Source: Parasynechococcus marenigrum WH 8102
GTDB lineage: Bacteria > Cyanobacteriota > Cyanobacteriia > PCC-6307 > Cyanobiaceae
Length of the DNA stretch: 32,000 nucleotides
Direction: 5' to 3'
Assembly: GCF_000195975.1 (NCBI RefSeq)
Contig: NC_005070.1
Location: forward strand, 720,001-752,000
Shown here: in pieces, positions 1 to 11,089 of the stretch
Layout of the letters: the number at the start of each line of letters is the position of its first letter
Position numbering within the stretch: position 1 is the first letter of the stretch
The notes under the pieces: generated by a model
Databases searched by the model: none
What the model was told of the DNA's origin: nothing
What the model saw: only the letters and a program-made list of their open reading frames with translations
Translations under genes and position numbers: made by a program

Positions 1-1985
1 TCAGAGCGAGACAATCCGCTTTTTCGAAGTTGTCCATCCTGCTGCCGCGATTCCACGATGCGGCGCACCGTGTCTTTGGCTTCAGCTTCTGATGTGTCGG
101 GTGGTAGTGACCGCAAAGCCGCTTCGCAACCATCGGCCAGCATCAGGATTCCTGTTTCCTTGGAGCGGGGTGATGGGCCGTGGTAACGGAAGCGTCTCTC
201 TTCAATGTTCGGATTGATTTGACGAGCTTTGTGCAGAAAAAAGCCCATCTTCAAGGTCCCTTGATGCTCCGGAATGAAATCTGCAATCGGCCGAGGAAGT
301 CGATGGCGTTTAGCTAGCTTCAAACCTTCATCCACGTGGGCTTGGAGAACCGCCGCGCTTTGCTCAGGATCGTTGAGGGCGTCATGGGGATTGGGACCAT
401 CTTTCTGGTTTTCGATGAACCAATCGGGCGCGTGGAGCTTGCCGACATCGTGATAAAGGGAGCCCGTTCGAATCAAGTCGACATCGGCATTGATGGCACG
501 AGCCCCTTCTTCTGCGAGGCCGCAGATCATCAGGGTGTGCTCGAAGGTGCCAGGAGCTTCACAGGACAATCGCCGCAGCAGAGGACGCTCCTGGTCCGCC
601 AATTCCAATAAACGAGCACGGGTCAACAAGCCGAAGGATCCCTCCAACATCGGAATCATCAAAAGAGACAGCATCAGCAGGAGACCCAGCAGCAAGGCAT
701 CCGTGCTCAGTTCATCTAGTCCAGGATTGAGTGATCCCCAGAGCCGCCAACCCGTGAATGGTTGGAGTTGGAGCAGCACCCACTGAGACACCAGGGCGCC
801 GAGTGGCAACAGAACAGCGAGCTGAAGCAATTGCCCCCGGCTGCGCTGACGCCCAGCGATGACGCCCCCCGTAGTGGCCACTGCTACAGCGATCAACAGT
901 CGGCCATGGCCTAACCCATTCACCGGGAGTGGCCAGATCAGGGCTGCGATGGCCATCCAAGCCAAGCCACAGCCCGTTCCCAGTCCTTCGGTCAGGATCA
1001 GGGTGGGTGGTACCAACACCGCTAAGGGACTAACCGTGGATTGGAACCAAAGCTTGGCCAACTGAGCCAGCAGCAGCAGTCCCAGAGCCAGCAATGCATG
1101 GCGAACTTCAAGTCCCGGTCGTTCCCGTCGCATCACCAACAGCATTACGCCGCAAGCAACGAGGGCTTCGAGAAAACGACCCAGCCAGATCAGGGGCTGG
1201 GGTTCGCGCTTCACTTTTCCGAAAAAGTCAAGAACGTCGTACGCCTGAGGGCTGATCGGTTCGCCCTTTCGTGTGATGAGGTCTCCTTTCCGTACGTCGA
1301 TGGTGGGGATCCCTTGTTTGGTCAGCTGCTCTTCAATTAGCTGTTTGCTGAGGTTGGGATCGGTGCGCAGATTGCTGCTGCCCTGAAGGCTGCTCACAAG
1401 CAGTTTGCCGGCTAAAGAGCGGGCGGCAGGGTTGTCGATGGCATCACCCTGCAACTGAAGGCCGGCAGCCTCACGAAGTTGATCCACCGCAAGGGTGCTC
1501 ACCAGCCCCTGACTGAGCATGCGATTTGCGGCCTGCCGGACAACGTTGTCCCAGGCGAAACGGTCTTGATCGCTGCGTTGCTCCAGCCAGACCTGTTCGT
1601 CTGCATTGAGATTGACGGGACCGACCCTGGCGGCCGAACCGCTTTCGCTCACCTGTTGCAGCTCACTGAGCTGACGTTCCAGCCTGAGCTTCAGGGCTTG
1701 TGTCTGATCTGGATCAAGCACCTGAACCACGGAGCGGGCCACGAGGGTGGAGCGGCGTTGCTCAAGGGCTGTGCTGTCCTGCACCAGGGCATCCTTGGGT
1801 GCAATGGCGTTGAAGGGAGCCAGTGCGCCCGGCTGAAGATCGGGTTTCAGCAGCCAGGGGAGGCTTGACGCACCCGCAACAAACAGGCAGAGCAGCAGTA
1901 CCAGGCTGGATTGAATGGCAGTCCAGCGCAGCAGTCGCCCCGCTGGACGTGGATGACGCAGCCAGCGTCTCCACAACTTGCTCAC
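1..1985 (-). CDS. 7TM-receptor HD-domain phosphohydrolase (PgpH-like / HDIG family), C-terminus cut by the window edge
   Basis: A minus-strand frame stays open from the window edge up to an in-frame stop at 2028-2030. Hand translation gives the HD motif LYHDVGKL at 435-458, several hydrophobic TM segments at about 650-1150, and a long N-terminal extracytoplasmic part. It is absent from the ORF track because there is no stop inside the window; the TCA at 1-3 is out of frame. The start is taken as GTG at 1985 and is uncertain. Confidence 0.85.
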   Translation of the reverse strand, partial: MSKLWRRWLRHPRPAGRLLRWTAIQSSLVLLLCLFVAGASSLPWLLKPDLQPGALAPFNAIAPKDALVQDSTALEQRRSTLVARSVVQVLDPDQTQALKLRLERQLSELQQVSESGSAARVGPVNLNADEQVWLEQRSDQDRFAWDNVVRQAANRMLSQGLVSTLAVDQLREAAGLQLQGDAIDNPAARSLAGKLLVSSLQGSSNLRTDPNLSKQLIEEQLTKQGIPTIDVRKGDLITRKGEPISPQAYDVLDFFGKVKREPQPLIWLGRFLEALVACGVMLLVMRRERPGLEVRHALLALGLLLLAQLAKLWFQSTVSPLAVLVPPTLILTEGLGTGCGLAWMAIAALIWPLPVNGLGHGRLLIAVAVATTGGVIAGRQRSRGQLLQLAVLLPLGALVSQWVLLQLQPFTGWRLWGSLNPGLDELSTDALLLGLLLMLSLLMIPMLEGSFGLLTRARLLELADQERPLLRRLSCEAPGTFEHTLMICGLAEEGARAINADVDLIRTGSLYHDVGKLHAPDWFIENQKDGPNPHDALNDPEQSAAVLQAHVDEGLKLAKRHRLPRPIADFIPEHQGTLKMGFFLHKARQINPNIEERRFRYHGPSPRSKETGILMLADGCEAALRSLPPDTSEAEAKDTVRRIVESRQQDGQLRKSGLSRS

Positions 1986-2074
1986 GCCGTTGAAGCGAAC
2001 CAAATCAAGGGACCTGACGGGGTAACGCTAGCTGTGTCTGCAGGGCATGCTGGAGGGACTGATGGGTTCCTGGC

Positions 2075-2956
2075 ATGGCCCTGCGGCTGGATGGAAAAGC
2101 GCTGGCAGCAACGGTGGAGCGTCGTCTGACCAGTGTCGTTGACGCACACTCGAAAACAGTTGGTCAACCACCTGGACTGGCCGTCTTACGGGTTGGTGAT
2201 GACCCCGCCAGTGCCGTGTATGTGGCCAATAAAGAGAAAGCCTGCGCCCGCGTGGGTATCGCCAGCTATGGAGCGCACCTGGCGGCTGACACACCCGCTG
2301 ATCAGGTGCTCAGCACGATCCAGTCGCTCAATGCGGATCCTCGCGTTGATGGAATTTTGCTTCAGTTGCCGTTACCGAAGGGGCTGGATGAACGTCCCCT
2401 GTTGGAGGCCATTGATCCAGAGAAGGATGCCGATGGTCTTCACACCTTGAATCTGGGCCGTTTGTTGAAAGGCGAACCCGGTCCGCGCAGCTGCACACCG
2501 GCAGGGGTGATGGCTCTCCTGCGAAGCAATGGCATCGACCCTGCCGGCCAACGGGCCGTGGTCATCGGGCGCAGCATTCTCGTCGGGCAGCCGATGGCGC
2601 TGATGTTGCAGGCTGCCAATGCCACCGTCACCGTCGCGCATTCCCGAACCGCTGATCTGGCCGCCCATACCCGTGAGGCCGACATCGTGGTGGTCGCTGC
2701 TGGACGTCCGGGAATGGTTGGGGCAGAGCACGTGCGGCCAGGTGCTGCGGTGGTGGATGTCGGCATTCATCGCAAGCCCGAAGGTGGACTGTGCGGCGAT
2801 GTTGTGGCGGAGGAGGTGGAACCGATCGCTGCAGCCCTGTCCCCTGTGCCCGGGGGAGTTGGACCGATGACGGTGACCATGCTTCTGGTGAACACCGTGG
2901 TGGCCTGGTGCCGACGTCATGGCATCGACCACGAACTGGATGACCTGATCGGCTGA
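2075..2956 (+). CDS. folD: Bifunctional methylenetetrahydrofolate dehydrogenase / methenyl-THF cyclohydrolase
   Basis: 293-aa ORF with typical FolD sequence ([71 protein letters not shown]). Confidence 0.97.
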   Translation: MALRLDGKALAATVERRLTSVVDAHSKTVGQPPGLAVLRVGDDPASAVYVANKEKACARVGIASYGAHLAADTPADQVLSTIQSLNADPRVDGILLQLPLPKGLDERPLLEAIDPEKDADGLHTLNLGRLLKGEPGPRSCTPAGVMALLRSNGIDPAGQRAVVIGRSILVGQPMALMLQAANATVTVAHSRTADLAAHTREADIVVVAAGRPGMVGAEHVRPGAAVVDVGIHRKPEGGLCGDVVAEEVEPIAAALSPVPGGVGPMTVTMLLVNTVVAWCRRHGIDHELDDLIG

Positions 2957-3654
2957 TGGCAGACCAGGCGATCCACTGGTTGTTTCCCACACCGGTACTG
3001 CAGGCAGATCTCACCCCCACGGCCGATGTCGCTCTTGCCATGGACCAGCAACTGGCATTATTCGATCGCGAGGTCTTTTCTCATCCTGAGTTCAGCAATC
3101 GCAACAACCTCACCGGCGATCTGCTGGGCAAAGCAGGACTGGATCAATTGCATCGCTTGGAAGCATTCCAGTGGCTGAATCAGCAACTGGCTGTCCACGT
3201 GGATGCATTCCTGAGGGAACTGCTGGGGCCTAATCACGCCCTGGAGGTTCATATCCAGAAAGCGTGGCCAGTGGTCTGTGCCCGGCAGGGCGGGACGATC
3301 GAGCCCCACACCCATCGCAATGCGCAGCTCAGTGCTGTGTTCTACGTGCGAACGGAGCCCGACAACCCCAGTGGTGAGTTGGAGTTTCAGGCGGCGGACG
3401 ATTACTTCAGCCACGTGATGGCCATTCCCTATCGGGATGCAGCTGTTTCAGGGGGTGTGTTTGCGCCACAACAGCACCGGCTGCTGCTGTTTCCCTCTGA
3501 CCTTCGCCATCAGGTCACCCCTTATGAGGGGGCGTCACCGCGATACTCCGTCTCCTACGACCTGGCGATCACAACAGCCCCTGGTCATGGACGGGAAATG
3601 CGCATGCCCCATCCGATGGACTGGGTCCCCCTCTGCAAGCCAGGGCCGGCCTGA
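2956..3654 (+). CDS. 2OG-Fe(II) oxygenase-like protein (TIGR02466 / PF13759-type)
   Basis: 232-aa ORF. The motif EPHTHRNAQLSAVFYV followed by LLLFPSDLRHQV resembles the H-x-H ... H pattern of this family. Its ATG overlaps the folD stop by 1 nt (TGATG). Confidence 0.7.
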   Translation: MADQAIHWLFPTPVLQADLTPTADVALAMDQQLALFDREVFSHPEFSNRNNLTGDLLGKAGLDQLHRLEAFQWLNQQLAVHVDAFLRELLGPNHALEVHIQKAWPVVCARQGGTIEPHTHRNAQLSAVFYVRTEPDNPSGELEFQAADDYFSHVMAIPYRDAAVSGGVFAPQQHRLLLFPSDLRHQVTPYEGASPRYSVSYDLAITTAPGHGREMRMPHPMDWVPLCKPGPA

Positions 3655-5116
<1,462 letters not shown>

Positions 5117-5120
<4 letters not shown>

Positions 5121-6580
5121 GCAGCGAGGCCCAGCTCACAGAAGATCTCACGGACGATCAGCGCAAGGCTGCCGAGGCTTTCGCGGACTGGCTCACCTCA
5201 CCAGCCGATGGAACACCCTTCGTGCTGAGCGGTTTCGCTGGCAGCGGCAAGACGTTTCTGTCGATGCGCCTGTTGCGGATGGTGGAGGTGCATGGGCTGT
5301 GCTGGACCGTGGTGGCGCCGACGCATAAAGCGGTGGGCGTTTTGCGTCAGGCCCTGGATCTGGAGGGTCTTCAGCCCACCTGGTACCCCTCCACCATTCA
5401 CCGGTTGCTGAGGCTGAAGCTGAAACGCTCCGCTGATGCTGAGGTCTGCGAACCAACGGAGCAGACGGCGATGGCCCTGGAGAACCTTGGCCTGGTGCTG
5501 ATCGATGAAGCCTCCATGGTGGACAGCACATTGCTGGGCATCGCTCTGCAGTGCGCCCATCCGTTCAAAACGCGGTTGGTTTTTGTCGGTGATCCAGCTC
5601 AGCTGCCTCCGGTCGGCGAGGACTCCAGTCCTGTTTTTTCGATGCAGCGGGCCTGTGCTGCAACTCTGGAGGAGGTGGTGCGCCACCAGGGGCCGGTGCT
5701 GCAGCTCGCCAGCCGTCTGCGGGATGGAGGACTTCCCTGTCAGAACCCGCCCGCGTTGCCTCCGATCTGCAACGACAGTGGTCAAGTGCGTTGTCTGCCC
5801 CAGAAAGACTGGCTGGATCAAGCCCGCCAAGCGCTTCGGCAGGCCTCTCTTCAGGACAACCCAGATGCCGCCAGGATCCTCTGTTACACCAACCGCACCC
5901 TTGAGCGCCTGGTTCCCCTGGCCCGGCGGGCCATCCATGGGGACATGGCTGATCAGATGGCGGTGCTGCCTGGAGAGGTGCTGATCAGCCGAGCGGCGGT
6001 GATGGCGCCGGCCTCAAGGGATGGCGAAGAGACCGGCGAAGAGCCCGACATGGTGCTGGGTTCCAATCGTGAGGTGACTGTCAGGGATGTGACGCCTGAG
6101 TCCTGTGACCTGATGGATTTCGGTCTGTCCCCAGCAGATGGAGCAGTCCCGGTGATTGAAACCCTGTCAGCTCAGGTTTCAGCGGGGGAATTGGAGCTCT
6201 GTTTGAGACTCCAACCGCCTGTTGGTAGTGAGGCCCGGCGCGAGCTGGATGGTGTGATGCAGCGGCTGCGTCAGCAGGCGCGTGACGCGGGCAAACAAAA
6301 CGGTCGGGCCATCTGGCGGCGTTATTTCCTTCTGCGTGATGCCTTCGCCTCCCTTGGACCAGCGGCGGTGCTGACGGTGCATCGCAGTCAGGGCAGCAGT
6401 TTCGGAGAAGTCTTTGTGGCCCCGGATGTGTTCCGTGCCGATCTATCCATCCGTCAGCAACTCTGTTATGTCGCGGTCTCGCGAGCCCGAACCGGCGTGT
6501 GGCTGATCGGAGGAACGGCCAGCTCTGCCACCGCGCGTGCCTGGCGCGATGAATTCGCATCCACCCTGTCGGCCCCTTGA
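5117..6580 (+). CDS. Stand-alone SF1B RecD/Dda/Pif1-like DNA helicase (AAA_30 + UvrD_C_2 type)
   Basis: 487-aa ORF with Walker A (GFAGSGKTF), Walker B (LVLIDEASMV), motif III (VGDPAQLPPV), TVHRSQGSSF and YVAVSRAR. Its GTG start overlaps the upstream stop (GTGA at 5117-5120). Confidence 0.88.
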
Positions 6581-6634
6581 GAACTCACCCTTGACTCGTT
6601 TGACTGGGCTGGCCTGATCGTTTGTTGAGGTTCC

Positions 6635-6919
6635 ATGGGGATGCACCGTTGTCTGGTCGCCCTCAGCTTGTTCTGCCTTGTCTGGCCCAATTCAGCTGCT
6701 TGGGCTCAGCAACCAATCAAGGTCCACCTCGTGCTGACCACGGGCGTGTTTGGGTCCAAGTTTTCAGGCAGTAATGCTGCCAACAGTGACTCCACATCGA
6801 TGGTGACCATCCCGATGTTCAGTGAAGACGGATGCAAGGCCGAGGGTGAACGTTGGCTGCAACGCCCGTCGCGCTTCCGCAAGGGGTTCCGTGAATACTT
6901 TTGCGTGGTCTTGCGCTGA
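6635..6919 (+). CDS. Hypothetical small secreted protein
   Basis: 94-aa ORF with an ATG start, a signal-peptide-like N-terminus (CLVALSLFCLVWPNSAAWAQQ) and two late Cys residues. I recognise no family. Confidence 0.45.
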   Translation: MGMHRCLVALSLFCLVWPNSAAWAQQPIKVHLVLTTGVFGSKFSGSNAANSDSTSMVTIPMFSEDGCKAEGERWLQRPSRFRKGFREYFCVVLR

Positions 6920-7008
6920 TGTTGGCGCCCAAGAGCTATTCAATTAAATGGTGGGATGTGGTTCTTCGGTAGAACCGGCGAAACGATGAATGAAACATAT
7001 TTTTAGCG

Positions 7009-7194
7009 CTATTTCCATGGTGATGTCTTCTCTTGGTAGTCAGTCATCATTGCGGCCAGAATGAGCGCAACGTACCTGTCGTCTGCCCCTGTCGCTCTCT
7101 TGAATTGTCTGATGATTTCGGCAATATTCCTCATCACTTCAGGTATTTCCTTCTTTTTCTGATCCTTGCTAGGAACGAAATTCAATGGGTGCAA
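7009..7194 (-). CDS. Hypothetical small protein in an AT-rich islet
   Basis: 61-codon ORF with a TTG start; the first ATG leaves only 41 aa. The sequence is Lys/Glu-rich and looks helical. It sits in a region where a hand-counted 60-nt sample (7121-7180) is 38% G+C. No homology recognised. Confidence 0.25.
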   Translation of the reverse strand: MHPLNFVPSKDQKKKEIPEVMRNIAEIIRQFKRATGADDRYVALILAAMMTDYQEKTSPWK

Positions 7195-7295
7195 CTTATC
7201 TTGAGGGTTGCTACTCTATAGCGTTAATTGTCTTATCAGGTTAAAAGAATCAGGAGAGATTCTTCTGGTTTAAAGCAAGGAAATCCAGGCTTGGT

Positions 7296-7883
7296 CTAGA
7301 AGTTCCCTGTGGATGGGGTATTCCAACGCTGAATGGCCCGGGTTTCCCGTTCCCAGCCCAGGATGCTGACGGAGGCTGTGCCCAGCCTTAGCAGTTGTCC
7401 GCCAGTGGCACCCAGTCCCAGCCATGTTCCAGCCAGTGCCCGGAGGATGTGGCCATGGGCAAACAGGGCAACATCCCCGTCCCCTGGGACGGCCAGCGCT
7501 GTGCTGATCGCGTTTGCGCAGCGAACTTCAACTTGCTGAGCGTTCTCACCCTTGGGGCAACCGTGGCTCCAGACCGTCCAGTCCGGGACGGTTTCACGGA
7601 TCTTGGCAGTTGTGATCCCTTCGTAGTCGCCGTAGTTCCACTCGATGATGTCGTCGTAGATCTGCATCTGATCGCCGAGCCCGGCCAGCTCGCAGGTGCG
7701 TTGTGCCCGTTGGAGGGGAGAGCTGAACACCACTGCAAATGTCTGCTGGCTGAGGACCGGGCTGAGGGCGCAGGCTTCCGCTTCACCCTCGGGCTGCAGC
7801 GGCAGGTCTGTGCTGCCGGTGTGCCGCCCATTGAGAGCCCATTCCGTTGCCCCATGGCGCAGAAGCCAGAGCTGGCGTGATAT
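7296..7883 (-). CDS. Histidine phosphatase superfamily protein (phosphoglycerate-mutase-like); start codon unclear
   Basis: The track ORF 7296..7733 starts inside the domain. Hand translation of the same frame upstream gives ISRQLWLLRHGATEWALNGRHTGSTDLPL, which contains the catalytic RHG motif (7851-7859). The frame opens after the stop at 7908-7910 and contains no ATG, GTG or TTG before RHG. The coordinate 7883 is the ATA codon and is a placeholder start. Confidence 0.75.
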   Translation of the reverse strand: MSRQLWLLRHGATEWALNGRHTGSTDLPLQPEGEAEACALSPVLSQQTFAVVFSSPLQRAQRTCELAGLGDQMQIYDDIIEWNYGDYEGITTAKIRETVPDWTVWSHGCPKGENAQQVEVRCANAISTALAVPGDGDVALFAHGHILRALAGTWLGLGATGGQLLRLGTASVSILGWERETRAIQRWNTPSTGNF

Positions 7884-7947
7884 GAGCTGATCAGCGGAGT
7901 GACCAACTCAGGATGGGCAGTGATGCTTAAGGGGTCAGCAGCCTGGA

Positions 7948-8058
7948 TCACAGCTTCAGGACCAGAGCTGCGAGACCGATGCAAACACCAAGGCTGATCA
8001 CGCCGAGAAGAGCTCGCCAGAACGCTTTGTCCTGTGGATCGAGGAAGTTCTTGCCCAT
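7948..8058 (-). CDS. 36-aa single-TM micro-protein (not in the ORF track)
   Basis: Hand translation: MGKNFLDPQDKAFWRALLGVISLGVCIGLAALVLKL, then stop. It has an ATG start 13 nt downstream of the acylphosphatase stop, is co-oriented with both neighbours, and fills the otherwise empty gap. Confidence 0.4.
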   Translation of the reverse strand: MGKNFLDPQDKAFWRALLGVISLGVCIGLAALVLKL

Positions 8059-8071
8059 CTCTGGTGTTTGT

Positions 8072-8425
8072 TCAGTGGCGCACCTCAAACCAATCATCAC
8101 CGGTCACCGGCAACTGACTCAGCTGAACTCTCAGCACCTGTGCTCCAGGGGGCCCCTGCTCGCACCAGGCCCGCAGCTCTGAAATCGCCAGGGGCGGCCC
8201 CTCGGCCTGCACTTCAACACTGCCGTCTCGCAGGTTGCGGATCCAGCCCCGCAGTCCGAGGTCCAGTGCGCGCCGATTGCAGCTGGCTCGAAAGCCGACC
8301 CCCTGGACCCGCCCGTGGATCAGCAGCCGCCAGCGTTCGAGGAAGGGTTGCAGCCGTCCGGGCTGGGATCTGTTGACGAACCGCCTGGCTATGGCGTCGG
8401 ATCTGCTGCGAGTGCGTCGCGCCAT
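8072..8425 (-). CDS. acyP: Acylphosphatase with an Arg-rich N-terminal extension
   Basis: The C-terminal ~90 aa are a typical acylphosphatase (LLIHGRVQGVGFR, GWIRNLRDGSVEVQAEG). I use the internal ATG at 8425 (MARRTRSRS...) rather than the track start at 8497. It still overlaps the cobB 3' end by 37 nt. Confidence 0.85.
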   Translation of the reverse strand: MARRTRSRSDAIARRFVNRSQPGRLQPFLERWRLLIHGRVQGVGFRASCNRRALDLGLRGWIRNLRDGSVEVQAEGPPLAISELRAWCEQGPPGAQVLRVQLSQLPVTGDDWFEVRH

Positions 8426-9747
8426 CGGGAGCAGATCATCGAAGAGCTGGCCCAGTGCAGGTGAATCCAGCTGGCGTGAATCCTCTGAGTACCCCATCCC
8501 TCCGGTATCCGTCCGGTCTTCCAGCCCTCAATGTCCCACAGCACGGACCCGGCCGATGTCGGTCGGTCATGCTCCAGGGTCCAGCGGTGAAACTCATGGC
8601 CCTGCATGGATTCTCCATGCCGTAGCAGCAGGCCGTCCTGGCGTGGTGTCATCTGGCGGTAGCCCACCTGGAGTGCACCGCGGCGCGCGCTGAAGGGCAG
8701 CACGCCAGCCATTGGATGCGAGGTGCCATTGAGATCGTTCAGCTGCTGGCCCAGCAACAACATGCCGCCGCATTCGGCATAAATCGGATGTCGTTGCGCA
8801 AACCCCCTGAGGGCAGACAGGCTGGTGCGGCACTGCCCCAGCCGCTCAGCGTGTTGTTCCGGAAAGCCGCCAGGCAGGATCAGCCCGCGAGCCTTGGCGG
8901 GAAGAGGTGCATCGGCGAGGGGGCTCCAGGGCAGCAGGGGCATGGCCATCCGCTCCAGCAGCTCGCCTGTCTCGGCGTAACGAAAGTGAAAAGCCTCATC
9001 GACCGCCACGGCCACCGGCATCTCCGGCCCGGTGATCGGAGCGATCTCATCCAGCGGTGGCGTCCCTGACCGTGGAGCCTTCATCAAAGGGAGCCAGCGG
9101 GAAAGGTCGAGATGCTCCTCCGCGAGACGCGCCCAGCGTTCCAGTCGCTGGGAAGGATTCTGCAGCTCGTGGGCCGGGGCCAAGCCCAGATGTCGGCTGG
9201 GTAAGGCCAGGTCGTCACTCCTGGGCAGGCAGCCCAGCAGGGGCATGCCAACCGCAGCGAGAACCTCCTGCAGCAGCTCCCGATGTCGTTGGCTGCTCAC
9301 TCTGTTCAGAACGACACCGGCCAGGGTCAGATCGGGGTCGTGATCACGGAAACCCTGGACGAGAGCCCCCAGCGATGCGGCCTGACCACCGGCATCGATC
9401 ACCAGCACCACCGGCAACTTCAATTGTTTGGCGACAGCTGCCGTGCTGCCGGCTTCACTGCAGCCGATGCCATCGAACAGACCCATGACCCCCTCCACCA
9501 GGGCCAGATCCCGCTGGCTGCCGTAACCGTGAAAAGCCCGTTCAACCCAGGCTTTGCCGCACAGGTTGATGTCGAGATTGCGGCAGGGATGCCCTGCTGC
9601 AGCATTCAGCAGCTGCGGATCGAGGTAGTCCGGTCCAACCTTGAACGGCTGGATGCTGTGGCCCTGCGAGCGTGCCCAGGCCAACAAGGACAGAGTCAGC
9701 AGCGTCTTGCCGCTGCCGCTGGCCGGTGCGGCGATGACAACGGCCAT
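8389..9747 (-). CDS. cobB: Cobyrinate a,c-diamide synthase
   Basis: 452-aa ORF with an N-terminal P-loop (APASGSGKTLLTLSLL), FKVGPDYLDP, and a C-terminal glutamine amidotransferase-like part (YAECGGMLLLG). Confidence 0.92.
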   Translation of the reverse strand: MAVVIAAPASGSGKTLLTLSLLAWARSQGHSIQPFKVGPDYLDPQLLNAAAGHPCRNLDINLCGKAWVERAFHGYGSQRDLALVEGVMGLFDGIGCSEAGSTAAVAKQLKLPVVLVIDAGGQAASLGALVQGFRDHDPDLTLAGVVLNRVSSQRHRELLQEVLAAVGMPLLGCLPRSDDLALPSRHLGLAPAHELQNPSQRLERWARLAEEHLDLSRWLPLMKAPRSGTPPLDEIAPITGPEMPVAVAVDEAFHFRYAETGELLERMAMPLLPWSPLADAPLPAKARGLILPGGFPEQHAERLGQCRTSLSALRGFAQRHPIYAECGGMLLLGQQLNDLNGTSHPMAGVLPFSARRGALQVGYRQMTPRQDGLLLRHGESMQGHEFHRWTLEHDRPTSAGSVLWDIEGWKTGRIPEGWGTQRIHASWIHLHWASSSMICSRWRDALAADPTP

Positions 9748-9763
9748 GGCAGAGGGTGCTGCG

Positions 9764-11050
9764 TCAGCTCAGCAGCCTGGCAGCCAGCGGAGCCGCAGCG
9801 GCCAACAGGGGGTTGGTGGAGTCGTGTCCGCCGCTGAGCAGCCTCGCTACATCCATTTCCGGTGTGGCGTGCTGAACCGACACGATTTCCTCGTGCAGCT
9901 CAAGGCTGGCCATGCCACCCCCCTCAAGACGCATGCAGCCGCCGGATTCCGCACAGAGGATCACACAGACACCCTGACCCTGCTCCGGTTGGCAGATCAC
10001 ACGCAGACCGACCATCTGCCCCGCATGGACACTGGGATGGCCGGTGGGGACGGCCATCAACTGAAAGCGGATATCAGCGCCGTCATGACGGGTGAACTGC
10101 GCTGTGACTCCCTCTTCGGAGACCTTGCTCCCCTGCAACTGCCAGCCGAGACGGTCTGCGATCCACGCCGCCATCAGCAGGCCCTGGGCGGGGTGGTGAC
10201 CTTCCACATCGATGTCCAATTGCGTGATGTGGCAGAGGGCATCGCGACGGTTCGGAGGGTCAAACACCATCGCCAGGGTTTCGCGCCAGCTGCGCAGACG
10301 CAGCCAGTTGAGGTCATTCACCGCCTGACCAGACTCCACACGTGAGCGCAGCAGGTTGAGGCAATGGCTGGGGTTGCCGATGGCGGTGTCCAGGATCAGG
10401 CGCCGAGGAGCACAGGCCAGCTGTTCCATCAGGTCGGGTGCTTCATCAAGGAATCCGTTCCACCAGACCCAGGACGGCATTGACGGTGGCAGAAGTGGCT
10501 GCAGGATCGACATGCCATCGCGCAGGGCGTCGTGGCCACCCCGCAACACCACCACATCACCACAGGCGGTGGTTCCGCCTCCCTCCTCAGGCAAGGGGCA
10601 ATAAGCCGCCACCAGCGTCTCCAGACCCTGGTTGGCGTTGATGGTCGGCGCCAGGGTGATCAGGCGTCGGGGCTGGAGCTCACTCAGGGCCGGGTCGATG
10701 TACTGCCCCCGCAGATCGTCGGCCAGGTGGTCACCGTCGAGCTGGGCGACAGCGGCAATCAGCTCACCCGCAGTGGGTGGGGTGCTCAGGGGCAGATCGG
10801 TGTCGATCACGGCCTGGCGACCGGCGTCTAGCAGTTCATTGGATTGCTGGCCGGTGATCGGACCGTTGAGGCGGCCGGAACGCACCAGTTGCTGCTCTGC
10901 CCAGGCGGGTTGCCAGATCAGCAGACAGAAGGTGTTTGCGCCAGAGCCGGTGTTGCCCTGCTGCTCTATTGACCAGAGTTGCTCCAGGTAGGTGGGCACC
11001 TCGGCGGGGGCGAGTTCAAGCGGGGTCTGAAGGGTGAGCTGGGGGGACAT
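9764..11050 (-). CDS. opcA: Glucose-6-phosphate dehydrogenase assembly protein OpcA
   Basis: 428-aa ORF lying 39 nt downstream of zwf in the same orientation, the standard cyanobacterial arrangement. The N-terminus (VPTYLEQLWS...NTFCLLIW) is OpcA-like. Confidence 0.88.
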   Translation of the reverse strand: MSPQLTLQTPLELAPAEVPTYLEQLWSIEQQGNTGSGANTFCLLIWQPAWAEQQLVRSGRLNGPITGQQSNELLDAGRQAVIDTDLPLSTPPTAGELIAAVAQLDGDHLADDLRGQYIDPALSELQPRRLITLAPTINANQGLETLVAAYCPLPEEGGGTTACGDVVVLRGGHDALRDGMSILQPLLPPSMPSWVWWNGFLDEAPDLMEQLACAPRRLILDTAIGNPSHCLNLLRSRVESGQAVNDLNWLRLRSWRETLAMVFDPPNRRDALCHITQLDIDVEGHHPAQGLLMAAWIADRLGWQLQGSKVSEEGVTAQFTRHDGADIRFQLMAVPTGHPSVHAGQMVGLRVICQPEQGQGVCVILCAESGGCMRLEGGGMASLELHEEIVSVQHATPEMDVARLLSGGHDSTNPLLAAAAPLAARLLS

Positions 11051-11089
11051 GGGAGGACGGGAGATGGAGTGCGGCGAATTCAGGTGGTG

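Noticed and set aside
1-3. TCA at the window start as the stop codon of the HD-domain gene
   Set aside because: It is out of frame with the HD motif frame (codon low coordinates are 0 mod 3). The gene continues beyond the window.
2372-2992. 206-aa minus-strand ORF, plus several others in 2028-3041, overlapping folD
   Set aside because: It is antisense to a confidently identified gene. The Arg/Gly/Pro/His-rich, low-complexity composition is typical of spurious open frames in high-GC DNA.
5198-5938. 246-aa minus-strand ORF inside the helicase gene
   Set aside because: It is antisense to a gene with full SF1 helicase motifs, has no recognisable motifs, and shows GC-artefact composition.
8426-8497. 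Longer N-terminus for acylphosphatase (track start at 8497)
   Set aside because: It would overlap cobB by more than 100 nt. The internal ATG at 8425 is more plausible, although neither start is verified.
9748-9763. Cobalamin riboswitch upstream of cobB
   Set aside because: Only 16 nt separate cobB from opcA, so there is no room for a riboswitch aptamer.
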